In this document: in pieces, positions 49,153 to 55,668 of the stretch
Position numbering within the stretch: the first letter of the stretch is position 1
Layout of the letters: each line of letters opens with the position of its first letter
From: a virus
Lineage: Duplodnaviria; Caudoviricetes
Reading direction: 5' to 3' (one strand)
Length of the DNA stretch: 56,303 nucleotides
Virus record (IMG/VR): IMGVR_UViG_3300032216_001772
Coordinates: 1 to 56,303 of that record
Translations under genes and position numbers: made by a program
Notes under the pieces: generated by a model
The model's input: the letters and a program-made list of their open reading frames with translations, nothing else
Told to the model about the DNA's origin: nothing
Databases searched by the model: none

Positions 49153-49239
49153 TGGAGGGTGGGCCGGGGATCCGGCCGCCCACCCCTAATGTTACGATTG
49201 TGTTACGAAACGCTGAAAATAGCCCACAGGACTTGATAT

Positions 49240-49261
49240 TGTCCGTGGTTTCTGTCATACT
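49240..49261 (+). promoter_or_regulatory. PafBC/RecA-NDp-like promoter 12, with overlapping TTGATA -35
   Basis: TGTCCG-N10-CATACT. Confidence 0.7.
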
Positions 49262-49325
49262 AGATATATCAGCAAGACCGCTGGTAATTAGGTTGGCTGG
49301 CTCGCCAACAGAAATGAGGAAGCAA

Positions 49326-49472
49326 ATGAACGCAGTAATCGGAGAAACCTTCACCACGCAGAAGTCTGGCGTATCGGGAACGGTTCAGGAGATTATCAAG
49401 AACTCCAACGGTTCGACTCGTATCCGCTTGTCGCTTGCTAACGGCGACAGCCGTTGGACTACGGTCAAGTAA
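49326..49472 (+). CDS. 48-aa small beta-barrel protein
   Basis: GAGG RBS; MNAVIGETFTTQKSGVSGTVQEIIKNSNGSTRIRLSLANGDSRWTTVK. Confidence 0.8.
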   Translation: MNAVIGETFTTQKSGVSGTVQEIIKNSNGSTRIRLSLANGDSRWTTVK

Positions 49473-49489
49473 GGTCAGACCCTAGTCTG

Positions 49490-49516
49490 CTTGCTGGGCA
49501 TCAAGTCAAACTGCCC
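49490..49516 (+). ncRNA. Candidate H-type pseudoknot element A
   Basis: CTTG-CTGGGCAT-CAAG-TCAAAC-TGCCC; stems CTTG/CAAG and GGGCA/TGCCC. Confidence 0.5.
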
Positions 49517-49551
49517 ACTCAAATCCAAAAGCCAAATGAAAGGAAAACATA

Positions 49552-50001
49552 ATGGCTCGTTCGCTCTCTGTGAAGATTCCCACCGCAAGTCTTATTGCTG
49601 ACGTAGAGGCAAGCATCTCTGACCTTGAGGCTAAAATTGCTACCTACCCTGTTGATATGGAAGCATACCGTGTAGCAACCAAGGCACACCAAGATGTTGT
49701 TCTCAAGACCGTTATCGAGGCTCTCAAGAACCCTGATAATGTTGGTGACGAATATGGCTCTATTGTTCGTGTTCAGCAAAATCGTTATGGTCGTAATGGT
49801 GTAGAGATTGAGGTAAACACCGATTTGCTCGGTATCCCACAGCCTCCTGAGTGTCCCTCTAACCCAAATGCCAAAGAGTCGTTTGGTCGTGACTACACTA
49901 CTCGTCTTGACTTGCTGAAGAAGAACCTCAAGGTTCTCAAGATGACAAACCAGGAAGAAGTCAATGCCTCAACCTACAATACGGTGATTGACCTCCTCTA
50001 G
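49552..50001 (+). CDS. 149-aa hypothetical protein
   Basis: GAAAGGAA RBS; MARSLSVKIPTASLI...EEVNASTYNTVIDLL. Confidence 0.85.
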   Translation: MARSLSVKIPTASLIADVEASISDLEAKIATYPVDMEAYRVATKAHQDVVLKTVIEALKNPDNVGDEYGSIVRVQQNRYGRNGVEIEVNTDLLGIPQPPECPSNPNAKESFGRDYTTRLDLLKKNLKVLKMTNQEEVNASTYNTVIDLL

Positions 50002-50036
50002 ATTCCATACGCCCCATAAGGGATATGTGGAAAAAT

Positions 50037-50064
50037 GACCTGAGTAGGTCTATGTAAACTGCTC
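50037..50064 (+). ncRNA. Candidate H-type pseudoknot element B
   Basis: GAC-CTGAGTAG-GTC-TATGTAAAC-TGCTC. Confidence 0.5.
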
Positions 50065-50194
50065 ACCTCTCCCCTGTGAAGCGTCTGGATAGATTGCTGG
50101 TAAACAGGGGAGGGGAGCCGGGTAGATCAGATCCGGCCCCCGAATGTAACAATTAGGTTACGATGTTATGAAAAATAGGCCTGAGACTTGATAT

Positions 50195-50216
50195 TGTCAG
50201 ACGTTTCTGTCATACT
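50195..50216 (+). promoter_or_regulatory. PafBC/RecA-NDp-like promoter 13, with overlapping TTGATA -35
   Basis: TGTCAG-N10-CATACT; ATG 6 nt downstream. Confidence 0.75.
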
Positions 50217-50222
50217 GGGAAT

Positions 50223-50438
50223 ATGGAAAAAGTAAAAGGAACGTATTTTGTTGTGACTGGTGAGTCTTACTATGTAAAGGCTGACTCTGAAGATGAGGCT
50301 GAGGCTATCTTCAATGTAGGTATGGGATATATGGATGAGTCTAACTATCCTGACTTTGATACCGCCGATGCTTTCAACCGTATCGAGTATACTGATACCT
50401 ACACCACTTATGAGCCTATCACTGATTTCAGTGTCTGA
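50223..50438 (+). CDS. 71-aa acidic protein, leaderless
   Basis: YYVKADSEDEAEA motif. Confidence 0.8.
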   Translation: MEKVKGTYFVVTGESYYVKADSEDEAEAIFNVGMGYMDESNYPDFDTADAFNRIEYTDTYTTYEPITDFSV

Positions 50439-50453
50439 GGCTACTGTTAGACT
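50432..50453 (+). promoter_or_regulatory. PafBC/RecA-NDp-like promoter 14
   Basis: TGTCTG-N10-TAGACT. Confidence 0.7.
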
Positions 50454-50477
50454 AGTAACATAACGAAAGGGAAAAGA

Positions 50478-50735
50478 ATGATTGACAAAGCATTTGCTTT
50501 ACAGGTAGCGGTTCGTGATTCTGCTTTTGCTCCGTCTGTAAAGATGTCTGCTCTGCTTATCCGTGATGGGTATCAGAACATGACTCAGAAAGAGATGGAG
50601 TCTGCTCTCATGGCACTTGTGTCTGAGGCTGTTTGCGTTTCTTCCTACCAAACCACGATGGTTCTTCTTGACGAGGAAGAACAGAACACACTCGCAAAAA
50701 CGATTGACGAACTACAGGGAATGGGGAACGAATAA
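50478..50735 (+). CDS. 85-aa hypothetical protein
   Basis: GAAAGGG RBS. Confidence 0.8.
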   Translation: MIDKAFALQVAVRDSAFAPSVKMSALLIRDGYQNMTQKEMESALMALVSEAVCVSSYQTTMVLLDEEEQNTLAKTIDELQGMGNE

Positions 50736-51220
50736 TGATGGACTATGAAGACATTGAGGTAAAAGATTTGCCAGCCTCACCTACCTTGGTGGGTATTGAG
50801 TCTGGAGCCTTTACCAAACTTGGTGAACTTGAGGCAGAACTTGAGGGTGTCAAGGCAGAACTGGATGCCTCTCGTGCAAACGCTGAGGATTGGTCTAACC
50901 GTCACACCTATATCTATAACCAACTTGGTGAACTACAGGAAAAACTCAAGAAGGCTTTGACCGAATTGGTTTCTTCTGGTTCCATTGAAAAGGAACACGC
51001 AAAGACCATTGCAGACGAATGTGGTCTTGAGGTTACTAAGTATGTTGGTGTGACTGGAAACATTTCATTCTCTGCAAATGTCGAGGTATCGGTATTTGAT
51101 GAAGATGATTTGGATACCTACAGTTTCAGTGCTTCATACCTGAGTCTTGACTATGATGGCGAGGCTGTCGAAGACTTGCAGTATGACATTGAGAATGTTG
51201 AAGAGGACTATAAGTATTAG
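50735..51220 (+). CDS. 161-aa acidic coiled-coil protein
   Basis: TAATG overlap; heptad region LEAELEGVKAELDASR; very acidic C-terminus. Confidence 0.8.
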   Translation: MMDYEDIEVKDLPASPTLVGIESGAFTKLGELEAELEGVKAELDASRANAEDWSNRHTYIYNQLGELQEKLKKALTELVSSGSIEKEHAKTIADECGLEVTKYVGVTGNISFSANVEVSVFDEDDLDTYSFSASYLSLDYDGEAVEDLQYDIENVEEDYKY

Positions 51221-51274
51221 GCCTTGAAGCTAGGGTAGGGACTTGTTAATTCCTTTCTTAGCCTCTACCCTCAC

Positions 51275-51301
51275 GGACCTGAGCATGTCCTTAAAAGGCT
51301 C
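51275..51301 (+). ncRNA. Candidate H-type pseudoknot element C
   Basis: GGAC-CTGAGCAT-GTCC-TTAAAAG-GCTC. Confidence 0.5.
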
Positions 51302-51384
51302 ATTCTCATGCCCAGGGGGGCCGGGCCGATCCGGCCGCCAATGTAACAATCATGTTACGATGATTAAAAATATGCCCCTGAGAC

Positions 51385-51413
51385 TTGTAATTATTTTAGT
51401 TTTGTGTCATACT
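51385..51413 (+). promoter_or_regulatory. Sigma-A type promoter of the DUF932 gene
   Basis: TTGTAA-N17-CATACT with TG extension; lacks the TGTCNG element. Confidence 0.65.
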
Positions 51414-51449
51414 GATATAAGTAAGCAAACCTCTAACGAAAGGCAATAT

Positions 51450-52472
51450 ATGTCACACGAATTGGAACAGGGTCAGAACGGCGAGGTTGCTTTTGCATCC
51501 TTCCGTGAACCTGCTTGGCATGGTCTTGGGACTGTGTTCGAGGAAGAAGTAAAGACAGCAGATATGCTGAAATTGGCACATCTTGACAACTGGAATGTTC
51601 GCCTTGAGGAGATTCCTATTCCCGAGGGATTTGTCTCTGACAAGACTAACTATTTTGTTGCTCGCACTAACCCCTTCAACGCTGAGCAGAATGACATTCT
51701 TGGAATTGTCGGGCAACGCTACAATACGCTTCAGAACGAATCGCTTTTTGAGTTTGGTGATAACCTGCTTGACGGTGGTGGACGTTGGGAGACGGCTGGC
51801 TCTATCAAGGGTGGTCGTGTTGTGTTTGGTGCTTTGGCACTTGAGCGTGAAACGGTGCTTGACCCTAACGGTGTAGCCGACAAGGTAAACACTTACCTAT
51901 TGGTAAACACATCGCACGATGGGTCGGTGTCCATTATGGCGAGCATTACGCCTGTGCGTGTTGTGTGTGCGAACACTCTGAACATGGCTATCGGTTCAGG
52001 CACAGGACATTGGCGTAACGCTAAGCAGTCGTTCAAGATTCGTCACACTCAGACGGCTGAGGGTCGTGTTCAGGCTGCTCGTGAGGCTCTTGGTCTTGCC
52101 AACGAATACATGGACGAGTTTGATAAAATGGCTCAGGCTATGATTGAGACAGAAATCACGAATGACAAGTTCCAGGAGATTCTTCGTGCCGTCTACCCCA
52201 TGCCCGAAAAGGATGCTAAGGGTGCTATGTCAAAGTGGCAGACAAAGTTGGAACTCATCGAGGACATCTACGGTGGACAGTTCAACAACACGATTACAGG
52301 AACGGCTTGGGGTGCATTGAACGGCATCACCGAACGTCTTGACTGGTATCGTGCAGGACGCAAGGGCAACAGCGAAAGCGTGTTGGCTTCTGCTTCTGGC
52401 TTCGACCCTGCTATCAACGCTGAGAAGAATCGTATTCTCAAGATTGTTCAGGAACTGACAATGGCTTCCTAG
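51450..52472 (+). CDS. DUF932 / TIGR03299-type phage-plasmid protein (340 aa)
   Basis: MSHELE...REPAWHGLG, WETAGSIKGGRVVF, NTSHDGS, TPVRVVCANTL, IRHT, GTAWGALNGITE; GAAAGG RBS before ATG 51450. Confidence 0.92.
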   Translation: MSHELEQGQNGEVAFASFREPAWHGLGTVFEEEVKTADMLKLAHLDNWNVRLEEIPIPEGFVSDKTNYFVARTNPFNAEQNDILGIVGQRYNTLQNESLFEFGDNLLDGGGRWETAGSIKGGRVVFGALALERETVLDPNGVADKVNTYLLVNTSHDGSVSIMASITPVRVVCANTLNMAIGSGTGHWRNAKQSFKIRHTQTAEGRVQAAREALGLANEYMDEFDKMAQAMIETEITNDKFQEILRAVYPMPEKDAKGAMSKWQTKLELIEDIYGGQFNNTITGTAWGALNGITERLDWYRAGRKGNSESVLASASGFDPAINAEKNRILKIVQELTMAS

Positions 52473-52652
52473 TCGGTGACTCCCTGCCCTCCCTTGTGGA
52501 GGGTGGGGGGGCCGGGCGATCAGATCCGGCCTCTACTTAGTATATAGATAATCATCTAAATCTAATTACGAAGAAGTAAAAAAATCCCTGGATATTCCAA
52601 CAAACGGAAGAAAAAATTAGGTAATCCGAACCTTTCATGTCATACTGTATAT

Positions 52653-52754
52653 ATGAATGAATTTGAGATAGAGATGAAAGTTATACTGTCAGAGGCTCTT
52701 GATATACTTGAGAGACTATCAGATGAAGATATAGAAAGGTTGTATATTTCCTAA
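52653..52754 (+). CDS. 33-aa acidic peptide, leaderless
   Basis: TGTCATACT-N6-ATG; MNEFEIEMKVILSEALDILERLSDEDIERLYIS; TAATG overlap with next gene. Confidence 0.5.
   Translation: MNEFEIEMKVILSEALDILERLSDEDIERLYIS
52687..52708 (+). promoter_or_regulatory. PafBC/RecA-NDp-like promoter 15
   Basis: TGTCAG-N10-TATACT. Confidence 0.7.
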
Positions 52755-52930
52755 TGGGTAAGTATTATATCAAGACTATGGTTGAGTGGTCAGGCGAGGT
52801 TTATGCCGATACCGCCGAGGAAGCCGAGAAGATGGGTTGGAACTGGGATACAGAACTCATGTATGACGGAGTGTATTCTATCGATGTAGAGGTTGTCGAT
52901 GAAGATGATGACGAAGACGAAGCCTTGTGA
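52754..52930 (+). CDS. 58-aa acidic protein
   Basis: GAAAGG RBS; MGKYYIKTMVEWSGEVYADTAEEAEKMGW...DEDDDEDEAL. Confidence 0.75.
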   Translation: MGKYYIKTMVEWSGEVYADTAEEAEKMGWNWDTELMYDGVYSIDVEVVDEDDDEDEAL

Positions 52931-53027
52931 CGATTGCCAAGCACCTGTTGACGCAGATGTTTGGGTAGAGGAATTAGGCATGTGTATTGATTGTTCAGAT
53001 AAGTATTGGAGTCATGAAGATGAGTAA
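52899..53027 (+). CDS. 42-aa Zn-finger protein
   Basis: GAGG RBS; KPCDDCQAPVDADVWVEELGMCIDCSDKYW. Confidence 0.65.
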   Translation: MKMMTKTKPCDDCQAPVDADVWVEELGMCIDCSDKYWSHEDE

Positions 53028-53181
53028 GTATAAGATTATTGTTGAAGAGGTTGGCACAGCCATCGTTGAGATTGAAGCCGAAGATGAGTTTGTGGCTGAA
53101 GACATTGCTATCGATATGTGGGGCAATGGCGACCTTGATGGTTTGATGATGCGTGATGTGTCTGTGACGGTGGAACACTAA
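53020..53181 (+). CDS. 53-aa acidic protein
   Basis: GGAG RBS; MSKYKIIVEEVGTAIVEIEAEDEFVAEDIA. Confidence 0.75.
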   Translation: MSKYKIIVEEVGTAIVEIEAEDEFVAEDIAIDMWGNGDLDGLMMRDVSVTVEH

Positions 53182-53414
53182 TGGCTAAGCCAAAGGTAGC
53201 CGACCAAACATGGAGGCGAATCTACCATTCCAGGGTAGCAGAGGTATACGAATCGGATAGCGAGAACGACTACTACAAGGTAGTACTAGAAGACATGCGA
53301 CCAAAGTATTTCTATGGTGAGTTGGCATTTCAGAATTACCAACGCTATGTATATGACTTTGAGATGGCTACCCTGTACTCACAGGATAATGCCATGATGA
53401 AGAAGTATCGGTAG
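53181..53414 (+). CDS. 77-aa hypothetical protein
   Basis: TAATG overlap; RPKYFYGELAF. Confidence 0.75.
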   Translation: MAKPKVADQTWRRIYHSRVAEVYESDSENDYYKVVLEDMRPKYFYGELAFQNYQRYVYDFEMATLYSQDNAMMKKYR

Positions 53415-53431
53415 GCGTGGTAAAATAGAAT

Positions 53432-53665
53432 ATGACACCTATTATTTATACTAAACCTAACTGCGTACAGTGTGATGCAACTAAACGTTACTTTGATAAC
53501 AAAGGTGTAGCCTACACTACCGTCGATATTACACAGGACTCAGATGCACTCGATCGACTAATTGCCGAGGGATTCAAAGCAGCTCCTGTTGTTAATATAG
53601 ATACACACTGGTGGAGTGGATTCCAACCAGACTTAATAGATAAACACATAGCTAACTATTCTTAG
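53432..53665 (+). CDS. nrdH: NrdH-like glutaredoxin
   Basis: IYTKPNCVQCDATKR...GFKAAPVV...WSGFQPDLI. Confidence 0.92.
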   Translation: MTPIIYTKPNCVQCDATKRYFDNKGVAYTTVDITQDSDALDRLIAEGFKAAPVVNIDTHWWSGFQPDLIDKHIANYS

Positions 53666-53687
53666 TGTCAGACCCTAATGGTAAGGT
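53666..53687 (+). promoter_or_regulatory. PafBC/RecA-NDp-like promoter 16
   Basis: TGTCAG-N10-TAAGGT; ATG 6 nt downstream. Confidence 0.75.
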
Positions 53688-53693
53688 GGTAAT

Positions 53694-54077
53694 ATGACAG
53701 CAACTATAGACCTATCCTACGATGCGTGGGTAATGAAATACAAGCCTGAGTTAGATTCAGACGGTAGCCCTAAGATGTATGAAACGTATGGTGACGACTA
53801 TGACTATATCGCAGATGTAGACAACGAACACCTTTGGACATGGGTAGACGGAGGCGACTACAGTGTTATTGCTAATGGATTTCACCTTGTTAATCGTTTA
53901 GGCTACTATGTTTGTACCGTGCCATGTAGCACAGACATTTCTGTTGAGGTAGATGTATATGTACCAACAGAGTGTGAAGAAACTGGTAATCATTATTGGA
54001 CAGAGCATGAACGCTATGATGGAACCATAGTGACCATTTGCTCAGAATGCGAGGTAGACAAAGATGGAGAAGAGTAA
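53694..54077 (+). CDS. 127-aa acidic phage protein, leaderless
   Basis: MYETYGDD...WTWVDG...GFHLVNRLGYYVC; C-terminal CxxC. Confidence 0.8.
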   Translation: MTATIDLSYDAWVMKYKPELDSDGSPKMYETYGDDYDYIADVDNEHLWTWVDGGDYSVIANGFHLVNRLGYYVCTVPCSTDISVEVDVYVPTECEETGNHYWTEHERYDGTIVTICSECEVDKDGEE

Positions 54078-54420
54078 GACAATGGGTGAGCAGGCCAACT
54101 ATGACCTGAACATTTACAACAGGGGAGCAGACGAGTCTACCATCCTACCCAAGGAAGATTACTACGATGAGTGGTGGCTATGTCCTTATCAGATTAATGG
54201 AGACATGTCTGGTTATGGCGTAGGAGAAGAGTGTAGTGAATGGAACTTTAAACTAACTGATGAGGAAGCTAAGACTCTTACCCTTGGATGGGGACCTGAG
54301 CTTGGTGGAGACTACACAAACGATAATGATTTCTGGTTAGATAAGAATTCATTCCTAGAAATGTACAAGACCATTCCTCCGAGGGTACAAAGGTATCTTG
54401 ACAGTCTCCCTCCTTACTGA
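54064..54420 (+). CDS. 118-aa acidic hypothetical protein
   Basis: GAGG RBS; ORF track. Confidence 0.75.
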   Translation: MEKSKTMGEQANYDLNIYNRGADESTILPKEDYYDEWWLCPYQINGDMSGYGVGEECSEWNFKLTDEEAKTLTLGWGPELGGDYTNDNDFWLDKNSFLEMYKTIPPRVQRYLDSLPPY

Positions 54421-54426
54421 TACAAT
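54398..54426 (+). promoter_or_regulatory. Near-consensus sigma-A promoter
   Basis: TTGACA-N17-TACAAT. Confidence 0.75.
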
Positions 54427-54435
54427 GGAGAGACA

Positions 54436-54660
54436 ATGAGAATAACCAACAATGAAAAAGCAGCAACTAAGATTCTCGATGCCCTCAATGACCACACACT
54501 AGACACATATATGATTGGATTTCATATCTTTAAGTTTGCTACACTTGACTTATATGTTAAACTAGAAGAAGTAATGGACGGTATTGACAAGGCTATCGAA
54601 GTAGAGAATGAGAGAGTAGAGAAAAAGAATGAACGACGAAAACAAAACGCCCCTTTCTAA
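54436..54660 (+). CDS. 74-aa hypothetical protein
   Basis: GGAG RBS; ORF track. Confidence 0.75.
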   Translation: MRITNNEKAATKILDALNDHTLDTYMIGFHIFKFATLDLYVKLEEVMDGIDKAIEVENERVEKKNERRKQNAPF

Positions 54661-54979
54661 CCAATGTGATATTTTGGCAGAGTTGTGGATTCAGTATAAG
54701 GATGACGAGAACTTTGCAGACTTTATCCAATACAATGATTTGGGCTTGCCTCTTGCCTATGCCTTGTCTAATGGTATTATCGAAGCAAGCGAACGAGCAA
54801 AGGCGTTTGTAGAAGAAACCTTCTCAACCCTTATGTGGGCATTGACTGGTGAAGATGTTGCTGTCACAGACCCTGAAGATGGAAGCGACTACTTTAATAA
54901 GCCAGAGCCTTGGCTAAGTCAAGAGTTCACTACTTTAGAAGATGTGTTCTTGTTCTTTGGAACAGACGTTCCTAACTAA
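54629..54979 (+). CDS. 116-aa hypothetical phage protein
   Basis: CDILAELWIQY..DFIQYNDLGLPLAY. Confidence 0.8.
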   Translation: MNDENKTPLSNQCDILAELWIQYKDDENFADFIQYNDLGLPLAYALSNGIIEASERAKAFVEETFSTLMWALTGEDVAVTDPEDGSDYFNKPEPWLSQEFTTLEDVFLFFGTDVPN

Positions 54980-55107
54980 CTAACACCCTGCCTCCCTTCG
55001 GGGAGGTGGGGCCGGACCCCTCCCAAATACAAATAACCCATATATCAAATAAATAACATTACGAAGGACCTAAAAAAATCGTGGGACTTTTTACGAAAGG
55101 AGATCAA

Positions 55108-55188
55108 GTGGATATTGGACCTATAGTGTTTATTATTACTATGGCAATTATCATTACTACAATCAATTTGTGGTTTGGTAGGCATTAG
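55108..55188 (+). CDS. 26-aa membrane micropeptide
   Basis: GAAAGGAG RBS, GTG start; MDIGPIVFIITMAIIITTINLWFGRH. Confidence 0.45.
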   Translation: MDIGPIVFIITMAIIITTINLWFGRH

Positions 55189-55189
55189 A

Positions 55190-55660
55190 TCTACCCCCGA
55201 TTTTGCGGGGCAGCCAGGGTATTACGAAATCCTACAAATATCCCCTATATATAAACAAATACCTATATAACAAATACATTATCTTTCTTTTTGATCCAAA
55301 ATAGATATGTTTTTATACAGTTATTTGGATACCAATACAGAGTATTTGGCTATACCAATACAGTATTTGGCTATGGGCATACCCTATTTGATGATTTGGG
55401 GCTACATGTAGTGTTGTTTGGCATTACGAACCCCCAGATATAGGTCGCCAATATATCAAACAATATCCTATCAAATAACTTCCTGTCTTTATTTATCTAT
55501 TCAGTCAGATAATTGTGTATAAATCTGTGTAAAACTATGCATATCTGTGGACAAAATCGGGGTATCTAGGTCCTCGCATAGGTGGATATGTGGCAAATAA
55601 CAAAACCCCAATCAGCATGTATTATGACTAGGGTTATTCTTATATATAGGTATTATGAAC
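55190..55660. other. AT-rich non-coding region with short direct repeats and DnaA-box-like 9-mers (possible origin or terminal-repeat boundary)
   Basis: TACCAATACAG..TATTTGGCTAT repeats at 55322-55374; TGTGTATAA 55514, TGTGTAAAA 55526, TGTGGACAA 55546. Confidence 0.4.
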
Positions 55661-55668
55661 GCATCGTT

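Larger units (their letters stand above)
44299..55020. repeat. Dispersed GC-rich intergenic linker family, consensus about GGGCCGGG-Nx-GATCCGGCCGCC (13 copies)
   Basis: Copies near 44299, 44891, 45558, 45867, 46351, 46919, 47765, 48369, 49161, 50116, 51315, 52505, 55008; all intergenic, usually between a stop codon and the next promoter. Confidence 0.9.

Noticed and set aside
49152-49325. N-terminal extension of the 49152-49472 ORF (likewise 51243-51449 and 47797-47835)
   Set aside because: Extensions run through linker and promoter DNA; RBS-supported starts are at 49326, 51450 and 47836
44299-55020. GC-rich linkers as CRISPR repeats or integron attC sites
   Set aside because: Spacing is hundreds of bases and contains whole genes; copies are degenerate; no integrase is in the window and I could not see paired attC R/L boxes
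44299-55020. Linkers as ordinary intrinsic terminators
   Set aside because: Some form hairpins (49157-49185, 46341-46355, 54991-55006) but most lack a U-tract and several cannot form a strong stem; termination may contribute but does not explain the palindrome partition
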